54,458 nucleotides of DNA. It comes from an uncultured Candidatus Saccharibacteria bacterium. Its GTDB lineage: Bacteria; Patescibacteriota; Minisyncoccia; Phycocordibacterales; CSBR16-119. This document shows, piece after piece, positions 19,648-27,750 of the stretch. A program made the translations under genes and the position numbers. The stretch spans positions 1 to 54,458 of the forward strand of contig CAZBAG010000001.1 of the NCBI GenBank assembly GCA_964490365.1. Reading direction: 5' to 3'. Position 1 is the stretch's first letter. The number at the start of each line of letters is the position of its first letter. The notes beneath the pieces are model-generated. The model had not been told where the DNA came from, searched no databases, and worked only from the letters and a program-made list of their open reading frames with translations.

Positions 19648-19840
19648 GAAGCGATTCTCGCATGTCGGTGAATAATGACTTCACCCTCATCAACAGCCTC
19701 CTTCCTCTGGTGATCCGAGCCTCCACTCTTTTCGAGCTTGTGGTGACCACCCAAAGCACTGTTACGGGTAAAATGACTACGAGGCCGACAAGGCTGATCA
19801 AGTCAATTGTACTCGCAACATCCCACTCATTTTGTGTCAT
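19598..19840 (-). CDS. hypothetical small membrane protein (80 aa), proximal ORF of an overlapping pair
   Basis: TM segment LISLVGLVVILPVTVLWVV followed by an Arg-rich segment. Consensus promoter upstream. Confidence 0.45.
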   Translation of the reverse strand: MTQNEWDVASTIDLISLVGLVVILPVTVLWVVTTSSKRVEARITRGRRLLMRVKSLFTDMRESLLAAIGNNPKFRVRNEA

Positions 19841-19883
19841 GCAGTTTGTGTTTGGTTTGTGTGTAAAGAACTAACGGAAACAG

Positions 19884-19912
19884 AGTATATCTCATAACCA
19901 AACTATTGACAA
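19884..19912 (-). promoter_or_regulatory. promoter for the small membrane-protein ORFs
   Basis: Minus strand reads TTGTCA-17 nt-TATACT. A C/A-rich leader of about 37 nt runs from the expected start site to the ATG at 19840. Confidence 0.6.
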
Positions 19913-19993
19913 GTGGGGATATGAAAGTTGTTTGTTGTGTGCTATAATGACCCTATAAACCCCAAAGTACGTCGGCGGGGGAATTTATGGTAT

Positions 19994-22645
19994 ATGTCTA
20001 AAAAACAAGAATTTGATGCTGGAGAGATTGTGGTAAAGGGCGCAAAAACTCACAATCTTAAAAATGTAAGTGTTTCTATGCCACGAAATAAGATGGTGGT
20101 CTTTACTGGTTTGTCTGGTTCAGGAAAATCATCGCTGGCGTTCGATACTATTTTTGCTGAAGGTCAACGTCGATACGTTGAATCTCTTTCTTCGTATGCA
20201 CGTCAATTTCTTTCTCAAATGCCAAAACCAGATGTCGACGAAATTACCGGTTTGTCACCAGCGATATCAATTGATCAAAAATCTCGTTCAAACAATCCGC
20301 GTTCAACAGTAGCAACCATCACCGAGATTTACGACTATCTTCGTGTCTTATACGCACGTATTGGTCGACCATACTCTCCAATTTCTGGCAAAGAAATTAA
20401 AAAACTCTCAAATCAAGAAATTGCAGAACTGGTAAAAACCAAAATTAGAGCCCTGAAGCATTCTCCAAATAAGAAAGAGATCATGGGCGTTGAGTACACT
20501 GAAGATTCAGTCCATATTTTTTCTCCGGTAGTGCGAGGGAGAAAAGGTGAATACTACCAAATGCTCTATGATTTTCTCGGTAAAGGATATGCAAAAGTGC
20601 GAGTCGATGGAGAAATAAAAAGTTTACGAGATTCTATTGCGCTCTCAAAAAATAAAAAACACGACATCGATCTGCTCGTGGACTCTTTTTCATTTAATGA
20701 AGCACTCACCAGTAGTGAAGATTTCGACATGAGGCTTGCTGAAGCTATCGAGCGAGCAATTACAGAGTCTGATGGATTTGTGCGAGTTGTTGTTTCAGAT
20801 TTTCATAACAAAACAGAGGATATAGAAAATATTCTCATGTCGGCAAAACTTATTTGTCCTGATGATGGATATACATTTCCTGAAATTGAACCACGTCTCT
20901 TTTCGTTTAATTCACCATACGGTGCGTGTCCTGCGTGTAATGGTCTGGGTACAAAAAATTTCTTTGGCGATGAACCATGTGACACATGTCATGGGGCTCG
21001 TCTTCGTGAAGAGGCTTTGAACGTCTTTTTGGGCGATCGAGATAAAGGAATGAACGTTGTAAAATTCACCGACCAATCTATCGAAGAAGCGTATGAATTT
21101 ATCACCAAGCTCAAGCTTACGAAAAAAGAAAAAGAAATCTCAGTGTCAGTTCTTAAAGAGATAGAAGACCGTCTTAAATTTATGTTAAACGTTGGTCTCG
21201 ACTATCTCACGCTCGATCGAAAAGCCAGCACACTCTCAGGTGGCGAAGCGCAAAGAATTCGTCTTGCTTCACAGCTTGGCTCTCGTCTCGTAGGAGCTCT
21301 GTATGTGCTCGATGAACCAACTATTGGTTTGCATCAACGAGATAATGACCGTTTGATTAAAACACTTGAAGACCTGCGTGATCTTGGTAATACGATTATT
21401 GTCGTTGAACACGACGAAGATACTATCTACGCCTCTGATTTTATTGTCGATATTGGACCAAAAGCCGGAGTGCACGGTGGTGAAATTGTAGTTGCTGACT
21501 ATCTCACAACACTTTTGTCGGGCAAAGAAAATAAGTCGGGTTCACGAACCCTTGCGTATTTGCGAGAAGAAGAAATTATTCCGCTTCCAGAAAATAGAAG
21601 AGACAGTAATAAAGGCTGGATACGCATTAAAGGGGCAAAAGTTTTTAACCTCAAAAACATTAATGTTGAAATTCCACTTGGAAGAATGACAGCTATCACA
21701 GGAGTCTCTGGCTCTGGTAAATCTTCTTTTCTTTATGAAGTGTTGTATAAAAATTTACAAGCACGTTTTGAGAGAAAATATCGAAGTGCAAAAACATTTA
21801 ACTGTGCAGAATTTTCTGGTACAGAAAATATTTCACGTTCAATTTTGATCGACCAGTCTCCAATCGGAAGGACGCCGAGGTCAAATATTGCCACCTACAC
21901 AGGTGCATGGGGGCATATCCGTGACATGTTTGCTGCAACTGATGAAGCACGTTTCCGGGGATGGAAAGCAAATCGATTTTCTTTTAATGTGAAAGGTGGT
22001 CGTTGTGAGGCGTGCGAAGGAAAAGGTCTCCAAGCAGTTGAAATGCACTTTTTACCAACCGTCTATGTAACGTGTGATGTCTGTAATGGAAAACGATTCG
22101 ACAAAGAAACTCTGAAAGTAAAATACAAAGGTAAAAACGTGTACGATGTTTTACGTATGACCGTCGAAGAAGGATTGGAATTCTTTAACGACATCCCTGC
22201 GATTTACGACCGACTCAAAACACTTTCTGATGTAGGTCTTGCGTATGTTGAAATTGGTCAGCCAGCTACAACGCTTTCTGGTGGGGAAGCACAGCGTGTA
22301 AAAATCTCTTCAGAGCTCTATCGTCCAATGACAGAGCGAACCATCTACTTGCTTGATGAGCCAACGGTCGGGCTTCACTACGATGACGTGGCCAATCTTA
22401 TTCATGTATTAGACAAACTTGTGCAAAAAGGAAACACGGTTGTGGTGATTGAACACAACCTCGACCTGATTAAAGTGGTTGACTATATTGTTGACCTTGG
22501 TCCTGAAGGAGGGGAAAATGGTGGAAAGATTATGGCAAAGGGTACACCTGAAGAAGTTGCTGACAATGAAAAATCTCATACAGGAACCTATCTTCGAAAA
22601 ACACTCATCAAAACAAAACGAGCAATGAAAAAAGTTTCAAAATAA
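19994..22645 (+). CDS. uvrA: excinuclease ABC subunit A
   Basis: ATG at 19994 ([25 protein letters not shown]). Two ABC modules ([24 protein letters not shown], two LSGGEAQR signatures) and Cys4 zinc modules. Extended -10 TGCTATAAT at 19943-19951. Confidence 0.96.
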   Translation: MSKKQEFDAGEIVVKGAKTHNLKNVSVSMPRNKMVVFTGLSGSGKSSLAFDTIFAEGQRRYVESLSSYARQFLSQMPKPDVDEITGLSPAISIDQKSRSNNPRSTVATITEIYDYLRVLYARIGRPYSPISGKEIKKLSNQEIAELVKTKIRALKHSPNKKEIMGVEYTEDSVHIFSPVVRGRKGEYYQMLYDFLGKGYAKVRVDGEIKSLRDSIALSKNKKHDIDLLVDSFSFNEALTSSEDFDMRLAEAIERAITESDGFVRVVVSDFHNKTEDIENILMSAKLICPDDGYTFPEIEPRLFSFNSPYGACPACNGLGTKNFFGDEPCDTCHGARLREEALNVFLGDRDKGMNVVKFTDQSIEEAYEFITKLKLTKKEKEISVSVLKEIEDRLKFMLNVGLDYLTLDRKASTLSGGEAQRIRLASQLGSRLVGALYVLDEPTIGLHQRDNDRLIKTLEDLRDLGNTIIVVEHDEDTIYASDFIVDIGPKAGVHGGEIVVADYLTTLLSGKENKSGSRTLAYLREEEIIPLPENRRDSNKGWIRIKGAKVFNLKNINVEIPLGRMTAITGVSGSGKSSFLYEVLYKNLQARFERKYRSAKTFNCAEFSGTENISRSILIDQSPIGRTPRSNIATYTGAWGHIRDMFAATDEARFRGWKANRFSFNVKGGRCEACEGKGLQAVEMHFLPTVYVTCDVCNGKRFDKETLKVKYKGKNVYDVLRMTVEEGLEFFNDIPAIYDRLKTLSDVGLAYVEIGQPATTLSGGEAQRVKISSELYRPMTERTIYLLDEPTVGLHYDDVANLIHVLDKLVQKGNTVVVIEHNLDLIKVVDYIVDLGPEGGENGGKIMAKGTPEEVADNEKSHTGTYLRKTLIKTKRAMKKVSK

Positions 22646-22664
22646 TTTTTAAAAGACCAGAATA

Positions 22665-22695
22665 ATACACCTCTTCAAAAGGTGTATTTTCTTCC
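22665..22695 (+). terminator. intrinsic terminator after uvrA
   Basis: ATACACC-TCTTCAAAA-GGTGTAT followed by TTTTCTT. Confidence 0.7.
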
Positions 22696-22751
22696 ACCTC
22701 GGCGCTCCTGTAAACAAGCGCCTCCGGTGAGCCTTTTAAAAACTACTTTAG

Positions 22752-22790
22752 GTTATAAAGAAAGAAGCCAGACCCCAAGGGTCTGGCTTC
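22752..22790 (-). terminator. intrinsic terminator of the 65-aa minus-strand ORF
   Basis: 11-bp stem GAAGCCAGACC / GGTCTGGCTTC with a 5-nt loop, followed on the minus strand by TTTCTTTAT. Confidence 0.8.
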
Positions 22791-22803
22791 TCATCAAGGG
22801 CGC

Positions 22804-23001
22804 TTAGCCTTTGATTTCCTTCTTCAGCATCTCGATCTTTTCCTCCATCATCTTGACGAGGTGTCCCCTGAGTTCCACCTTGTCTTCTTCGGTGAAGTCT
22901 GCAGAGGGAAGTTCGTTGATCTTCGAAAGGGTTTTGTCCGAAGGGCTATTGTTCAGCATTTCTTTCAGCCTATACAGGGCAAGTTTCTCAAGTCCGTTCA
23001 T
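22804..23001 (-). CDS. hypothetical small helical protein (65 aa)
   Basis: ORF bracketed by its own consensus promoter and a strong terminator. Charged, helical-looking sequence. No recognised family. Confidence 0.55.
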   Translation of the reverse strand: MNGLEKLALYRLKEMLNNSPSDKTLSKINELPSADFTEEDKVELRGHLVKMMEEKIEMLKKEIKG

Positions 23002-23021
23002 GGCTGTGTTTGTTTAATTAT

Positions 23022-23050
23022 ATAATATCACAAATAATATAAAAAGTCAA
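23022..23050 (-). promoter_or_regulatory. promoter for the 65-aa ORF
   Basis: Minus strand reads TTGACT-17 nt-TATTAT. The -10 ends 20 nt upstream of the ATG at 23001. Confidence 0.6.
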
Positions 23051-23067
23051 GAATGAGATTTTTACTC

Positions 23068-23097
23068 TATAAAATAAAACCCAACATTTCGTTGGGT
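23068..23097 (-). terminator. intrinsic terminator of the 52-aa ORF
   Basis: Minus strand reads CCCAAC-GAAAT-GTTGGG followed by TTTTATTTT. Confidence 0.7.
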
Positions 23098-23104
23098 GCT
23101 TGGT

Positions 23105-23263
23105 TTATTTGCTTTGCCCAGAATTCAATACATCTTTTGTTTCTGTATTGTTGCGCCTGCGCTCCTTATTTAAATAGCTACCAAGAAAGAGGGCCAAGAA
23201 TATGAGCAGTCCAATAGTAGGGAAAAGTAATCTGGATGTTGGTCTCTCATTTTTGTTTTCCAT
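23105..23263 (-). CDS. hypothetical single-TM micro-protein (52 aa; below the ORF-track cutoff)
   Basis: Hand translation: MENKNERPTSRLLFPTIGLLIFLALFLGSYLNKERRRNNTETKDVLNSGQSK. Central hydrophobic helix, terminator immediately downstream. Confidence 0.45.
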   Translation of the reverse strand: MENKNERPTSRLLFPTIGLLIFLALFLGSYLNKERRRNNTETKDVLNSGQSK

Positions 23264-23309
23264 GATAATAAGCTTTTTATTTTTCTTTCCATAATGCTAT
23301 ATTGATCTT

Positions 23310-24533
23310 GTGAAAAGTCAAGATTTACCAAAACTTCCAGATAATCCTGGTGTATACCTTTTTAAAGAAAAGGGGAAGATTTTGTATATTGGAAAAGCAA
23401 CATCTCTTAAAGATCGGGTAAAGAGTTATTTTGGAAATGACTTACTCAACACTCGAGGACCAATGATTCTTGATATGGTGACTAAGTCAGAAACTCTCGA
23501 CTTCTATGAGACTGACTCTGTACTTGAGGCACTCATTCTTGAGGCAAATTTGATCAAGAAGCATCAGCCTACAGCAAACACTCGAGAAAAAGATAACAAA
23601 AGTTTTTACTTGGTTGTGATCACCAAAGAAGATCGAGAGAACGGAGAAGTATCAAGAGTTCTTGCTCTTCGCGAACGTGAACTAGAGAAAAGCAATATAC
23701 AAACAAGAGCAACATTTGGCCCCTTTCCAAATGGTATGATGATCCGTGAAGCATTACGGATTATTCGTCGTATTTTTCCATTCCAAGATGATAATTCACT
23801 CAAGAAGGATCAAAAAGAATTTTATCGTCAAATTGGACTTGCGCCAGATTCATCTCAAAAAGATTTTAAACATGCCTACGAAGAGAATATTGAAAATATT
23901 ATTCTTTTCTTTAAGGGTAAGAAAAGAGAAATTGTAAAAAGACTTGAACGTGAGATGATGCAGCTTGCAAAAAAAGAGCAATTTGAACAAGCCGATATTA
24001 TAAAAAAGAAAATCTTTGCGCTCAATCATATTAAAGATGTTTCGCTGATTAAAAAAGAAAATACAGAAAACAGAGAAAAGCTGTTTCGTATCGAAGCATA
24101 CGACGTTTCTCATACAGGAGGAAAGGAAATGGTCGGTGTAATGACTGTGGTTAATAATGGCAGTGCTGAAAAATCAGAATATAGGAAATTTAAGATCAAA
24201 GGTTTCACTTCGTCGAACGATGTTGGAGCGCTCCGCGAAATGCTTCTTCGACGTTTTGCACACACAGAATGGCTGTATCCCAATATGATTGTGGTTGATG
24301 GTTCACTGGCTCAAAAGCGTACAGCAGAAAAAATTTTAAATGAAATTGGTGCGGTGATCCCAGTTGTTGCTGTTGTTAAAAATGAACACCACAAGCCAAA
24401 AGCGCTTTTGGGTGGTAAAGATTATATTAAAGGTAGGGAAGATGCTATCGTCCTAGCTAACTCAGAGGCGCACCGATTTTCAATTAACTATCATAAAGAT
24501 TTGAGAGGGAAGAAGTTTCTTGGGAAGAAATAA
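23310..24533 (+). CDS. uvrC: excinuclease ABC subunit C, short form lacking the C-terminal (HhH)2 domain
   Basis: 407 aa with a GTG start. GIY-YIG motifs (PGVYLF...ILYIGKA...RV.SYF), UVR domain (FEQADIIKKKIFALNHI), RNase H-like endonuclease domain (RIEAYDVSHTGG). Ends directly after that domain. Confidence 0.88.
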   Translation: MKSQDLPKLPDNPGVYLFKEKGKILYIGKATSLKDRVKSYFGNDLLNTRGPMILDMVTKSETLDFYETDSVLEALILEANLIKKHQPTANTREKDNKSFYLVVITKEDRENGEVSRVLALRERELEKSNIQTRATFGPFPNGMMIREALRIIRRIFPFQDDNSLKKDQKEFYRQIGLAPDSSQKDFKHAYEENIENIILFFKGKKREIVKRLEREMMQLAKKEQFEQADIIKKKIFALNHIKDVSLIKKENTENREKLFRIEAYDVSHTGGKEMVGVMTVVNNGSAEKSEYRKFKIKGFTSSNDVGALREMLLRRFAHTEWLYPNMIVVDGSLAQKRTAEKILNEIGAVIPVVAVVKNEHHKPKALLGGKDYIKGREDAIVLANSEAHRFSINYHKDLRGKKFLGKK

Positions 24534-24703
24534 ATTAACATCTTTCTTTAAAGAAAATACTAACTTCATGTAAAATAGAGAACATGGATCCCGTTAGAGA
24601 CCACGGTCACTTATGGGTATATAAAATATGGATAAGAATTTCGATAAAATTATAAACTTAATTATAGTAAGTCGTCGGGAGACCGCGACCTACCTCTAGC
24701 GGG

Positions 24704-25717
24704 ATGGAATCAAACGGGAAAATTCGTGTGGGGGTTATTCGAGGTGGTATTACTCCCGAGTACTATATATCACTTGCTGCTGGCTCATATATTCTTAACA
24801 ATATTTCTAAAGAGCGGTACCAACCTGTTGATATTCTGATTACCAAAGACGGCACGTGGCACAAGCAGGGTATTACTATGGAACCTCGCGATCTTAAAAA
24901 CCATGTAGACGTGGTTTTTAATACACTCTATGGTGTGTATGGTGAGGACGGCAAGCTCCAAGATTTCTTGGATGAACTTGGTGTGCCGTATGTTGGCTCC
25001 GATCCCTTTTCTTCTTCGCTAACCGCAAACAAAAAAAAGAAAAAAGAACGTCTTGAAGACATTGGACTCAAAACTCCAAAATATTTTATTCTTCAAGGAT
25101 TGCTCAAGATGGAAGATGAGAAAGAGCAGCTTGGGTTTTTAAGAAAAAAGGCGATGGAGATTTTTAGGAAAATTCATCCACCATGGGTTGTAAAGCCGGT
25201 ACTCGGATCTGCTTCTACATTTACCTATCTTGTAACAACATTTACTGAACTTATCTATCTCCTAAATGATTTAGCAGATCGTTTTGATGAAATTATTGTT
25301 GAAGAATTTATCGATGGTACCGAAGTAGTTTCAGGAATTATGAATGGTCTTCGTGGACAAGAAGAATATGTTCTCCCGCCATTTGAAATACAAAAACCAG
25401 GAAAGATTCTTGATTATGAAACTCGATTCAATAAAAAGCATGCACTTCGGATGCTTGATAAAAAGCTTGCTGAGCACAAAGATGCAATTACTGATATTAT
25501 GAAAACGCTTCACAAAGAATTTAATCTAAGTGACTATTCAACCGCAAATTTAATTTTGTCACCAAAAGGTGGTATCTACGTTATCGAAGTTGACAGTCAG
25601 CCAATTTTAGGAGACAAAGAAATACTGCCATCAATGATGTCTGAAATTGGTTGCCCTGATCATATTTGGATTGACCATCTTATTAAACGTAGGCTACAGA
25701 GAGATTTTACAGAATAA
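24704..25717 (+). CDS. ddl: D-alanine--D-alanine ligase family ATP-grasp enzyme
   Basis: 337 aa. N-terminal VGVIRGG..EYYISL, GEDGKLQDFLDELGVPYVGS, and a C-terminal ATP-grasp fold. Divergent sequence. Confidence 0.78.
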   Translation: MESNGKIRVGVIRGGITPEYYISLAAGSYILNNISKERYQPVDILITKDGTWHKQGITMEPRDLKNHVDVVFNTLYGVYGEDGKLQDFLDELGVPYVGSDPFSSSLTANKKKKKERLEDIGLKTPKYFILQGLLKMEDEKEQLGFLRKKAMEIFRKIHPPWVVKPVLGSASTFTYLVTTFTELIYLLNDLADRFDEIIVEEFIDGTEVVSGIMNGLRGQEEYVLPPFEIQKPGKILDYETRFNKKHALRMLDKKLAEHKDAITDIMKTLHKEFNLSDYSTANLILSPKGGIYVIEVDSQPILGDKEILPSMMSEIGCPDHIWIDHLIKRRLQRDFTE

Positions 25718-25720
25718 AAT

Positions 25721-26275
25721 ATGAAACGATGTGCTTGGCCTGGTGCTGATGTTCTCATGCAGAACTATCACGATGAAGAGTGGGGAGTTCCTTTGTACGA
25801 CGACAAAAAACTATTTGAATTTCTTGTGCTCGATGCTTTTCAAGCCGGGCTTTCTTGGAAAACTATTCTTCATAAACGAAAGAATTTTGCAAAAGCGTTT
25901 GATAACTTTAACTATAAAAAAATTGCTGTATATGATGCAAAAAAGCTTCGTACGCTCATGACAGACGCTAGTATTATCAGAAACAAACTAAAAATTCATG
26001 GCACAAAAATCAATGCACAAAAGTTTCTAGAGGTGCAAAAAGAGTTTGGAAATTTCCATACCTATATCTGGCAGTTTGTATCTGGTAAACCAATCGTAAA
26101 CAAATGGAAAAGCCCAAAGGATATACCGGTAAAAACAAAAGAGGCCGAAGCCATGTCAAAAGATTTGAAAAAGAGAGGTTTTAAATTTGTGGGTCCAACT
26201 ATTTGTTACGCATTCATGCAGGCTTCCGGCATGGTGAATGATCATACGACGGATTGTTTTCGGTATAAAAAATAA
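25721..26275 (+). CDS. tag: DNA-3-methyladenine glycosylase I
   Basis: 184 aa. RCAW...YHDEEWGVP...FEFLVLDAFQAGLSW...CYAFMQASGMVNDH..C, the typical Tag zinc-snap arrangement. Confidence 0.9.
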   Translation: MKRCAWPGADVLMQNYHDEEWGVPLYDDKKLFEFLVLDAFQAGLSWKTILHKRKNFAKAFDNFNYKKIAVYDAKKLRTLMTDASIIRNKLKIHGTKINAQKFLEVQKEFGNFHTYIWQFVSGKPIVNKWKSPKDIPVKTKEAEAMSKDLKKRGFKFVGPTICYAFMQASGMVNDHTTDCFRYKK

Positions 26276-26276
26276 A

Positions 26277-26296
26277 AGTCTCGCGTGTGCGAGACT
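26277..26296. terminator. shared hairpin terminator, stronger on the minus strand
   Basis: AGTCTCGC-GTGT-GCGAGACT. The minus strand continues TTTTATTTTTT; the + strand continues AGAGCTTTATT. Confidence 0.7.
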
Positions 26297-26302
26297 AGAG
26301 CT

Positions 26303-26695
26303 TTATTCTTTAAGATATTCACGAATGAGTATGGGTTCCTTATGGTCTGATTGAATTTCAGTGCAAATCGTGTACGTCAGATCAAACATCACAAAATACA
26401 CAGGAAGCCCAACGCCCTCTGCTGGGGAAACTATGCACATAACAGCTGTCTTGTTGTCTATTGGTAACCCAGCAGTTTCTCGTGTTTTCGCATGTAGCTC
26501 TTTTACGAGCCTTGTTACTTCTCCGGATTTTCCACCGCTATGGTCATCTTCAGTTGCAACGATGGATGATCCAACTGGGCCGGTTTTATACGGCCAATAC
26601 TCTGTGGGCACAAGTGCATCCTTGTTTTCCTTAATGTATTTCCAAAGATCTAGGTTGTGAACGATCATGATGGTGTTTTTCTTTTGTATTAACAA
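26303..26695 (-). CDS. hypothetical protein (130 aa; start may be the internal Met at 26668)
   Basis: Uninterrupted ORF with a terminator downstream. No recognised motifs. Confidence 0.5.
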   Translation of the reverse strand: MLIQKKNTIMIVHNLDLWKYIKENKDALVPTEYWPYKTGPVGSSIVATEDDHSGGKSGEVTRLVKELHAKTRETAGLPIDNKTAVMCIVSPAEGVGLPVYFVMFDLTYTICTEIQSDHKEPILIREYLKE

Positions 26696-26727
26696 TATTG
26701 TTCGTTAAAGTCAAGAAAGTTTTCAAG

Positions 26728-26755
26728 TTGCAAAAAAGTAAAAACCAGGTAGAAT
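26728..26755 (+). promoter_or_regulatory. tRNA-Ala promoter
   Basis: TTGCAA-16 nt-TAGAAT. The -10 ends 10 nt before the tRNA 5' end. Confidence 0.6.
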
Positions 26756-26765
26756 TGTTTTGTTT

Positions 26766-26838
26766 GGGCCTATAGCTCAGTTGGTAGAGCAGTCGCTTTG
26801 CAAGCGAAAGGTCAGGAGTTCGAATCTCCTTAGGTCCA
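26766..26838 (+). tRNA. tRNA-Ala (anticodon UGC), CCA not encoded
   Basis: Cloverleaf: acceptor GGGCCTA/TAGGTCC with the G3:U70 alanine identity pair, anticodon loop TTTGCAA, T-arm AGGAG-TTCGAAT-CTCCT, discriminator A. Confidence 0.95.
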
Positions 26839-26879
26839 CAAATTAGGGAAGCCAGAGTAATCTCTGGTTTTTCTTTTTG
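26835..26879 (+). repeat. junction repeat copy 1: tRNA-Ala 3' end plus terminator hairpin
   Basis: TCCACAAATTAGGGAAGCCAGAG-TAAT-CTCTGGTTTTTCTTTTTG. The same module recurs at 27625-27670 and 28193-28237. Confidence 0.85.
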
Positions 26880-26908
26880 TTGACAGGCCCTATCTAAAAA
26901 TGTAACTT
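26880..26908 (+). promoter_or_regulatory. cassette 1 promoter
   Basis: TTGACA-17 nt-TAACTT, immediately after junction copy 1. Confidence 0.55.
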
Positions 26909-26949
26909 AAAATTAGACGAACATCTACATAAATCAAAAACCGCTCCAA

Positions 26950-27507
26950 ATGCCCGTAATAAAAGTATGGTGCCTGCCGGTGTCATCAGAAGATACCCTC
27001 CAACATCTCCGTCAGTGTATTATTGGTGCAGCCTGCTCCGTTAAAGTACTTGCTTTAAAGGGTGAAGAGGATGTGACAGTCCTGTTCCCTCCAGATAGTA
27101 TGTCCTACGGACTTGGTTTAGATATTATTGTTGAGATTACAGGTCTCTTTGAGCGAGAGGAGCGGACTCGCGAAGTGATTCAAACACTTGCGTTTAGGGT
27201 TGGAAAAGTATTCAAACAATTATTCCCAAAGACCAAAAATGTCGAATGTTTCGTGTATCCATTCAACCCACACATCGGTGGCTTCTGGAGTTCACGAGAC
27301 AAAACTTCCGTACTGGATATTCCAATCACTGAACTCGATTTCAGGGGGACTCAAAAAGAGCGTTTAATAGCTGAAGGTATAAAAACCCTCGGTGATCTGA
27401 TTCAAATGCCACGTGAGAATGTGGCGAAACTTCGGACCTTTGGTAAGAAAAGTATGTACGCTTTGGATGAAGCGTTGGAGCATTTTGGTCTGGAGTTTCT
27501 GAAGTAA
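26950..27507 (+). CDS. cassette 1: fusion of tandem tautomerase-like (Pro1, beta-alpha-beta x2) domains with an RNA polymerase alpha-subunit C-terminal-domain-like HhH domain
   Basis: 185 aa. The C-terminal 60 aa (ITELDFRGTQKERLIAEGIKTLGDLIQMPRENVAKLRTFGKKSMYALDEALEHFGLEF) match the alpha-CTD pattern (L.LS.R..N.L...I..GDL.Q....EL.K..N.GKKS..EI...L...GL). The N-terminus MPVIKVW... with two beta-alpha-beta units resembles the 4-OT/MIF tautomerase superfamily; this part is the weaker call. Confidence 0.6.
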   Translation: MPVIKVWCLPVSSEDTLQHLRQCIIGAACSVKVLALKGEEDVTVLFPPDSMSYGLGLDIIVEITGLFEREERTREVIQTLAFRVGKVFKQLFPKTKNVECFVYPFNPHIGGFWSSRDKTSVLDIPITELDFRGTQKERLIAEGIKTLGDLIQMPRENVAKLRTFGKKSMYALDEALEHFGLEFLK

Positions 27508-27520
27508 TATCAGTGCTAAA

Positions 27521-27559
27521 GCCCGCAAAGGAAAGGTCCTTCGCGGGTCTTTCTTTTTT
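27521..27559 (+). terminator. cassette 1 terminator
   Basis: CCCGCAAAGG-AAAGGT-CCTTCGCGGG (one mismatch) followed by TCTTTCTTTTTT. Confidence 0.75.
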
Positions 27560-27629
27560 ACCCCAAAATCTCTCTCAATCTCACCAGTTCATCTACCATT
27601 TGTTTCGTCAAAATATTCTCCTGCTCCAC
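27558..27629 (-). CDS. candidate 23-codon micro-ORF (or relic gene 3' end) inside junction copy 2
   Basis: Minus strand: GTG-EQENILTKQMVDELVRLREILG-TAA. Versus copy 3, the last 17 sense codons before the terminal residue differ at 5 nt, all synonymous. Confidence 0.35.
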   Translation of the reverse strand: MEQENILTKQMVDELVRLREILG

Positions 27630-27670
27630 AGAATAGGGAAGCCAGACAATGTGTCTGGTTTTTCTTTTTG
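27560..27670 (+). repeat. junction repeat copy 2: conserved 71-nt block plus terminator hairpin
   Basis: ACCCCAAAATCTCTCTCAATCTCACCAGTTCATCTACCATTTGTTTCGTCAAAATATTCTCCTGCTCCACA + GAATAGGGAAGCCAGACA-ATG-TGTCTGGTTTTTCTTTTTG. About 10 mismatches in the 71-nt block versus copy 3. Confidence 0.85.
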
Positions 27671-27684
27671 TTTCAAGATTAATC

Positions 27685-27713
27685 TTGACTTTTTATATAA
27701 TCTATGCTATTGT
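27685..27713 (+). promoter_or_regulatory. cassette 2 promoter
   Basis: TTGACT-17 nt-TATTGT with TGC directly upstream of the -10 (extended -10). Confidence 0.55.
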
Positions 27714-27750
27714 ATATTTAGAAACTAAGTACCAATCAAAACCTCCTGCA

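Noticed and set aside
27649-27750. N-terminal extension of the cassette 2 ORF (track start 27649). The same applies to 28242-28304 for cassette 3a and 45082-45132 for the lipoprotein ORF.
   Set aside because: The extensions run through the terminator T-tract or through the -35/-10 promoter boxes and encode implausible Phe/Ile/Tyr-rich peptides. Downstream ATGs give coherent proteins.
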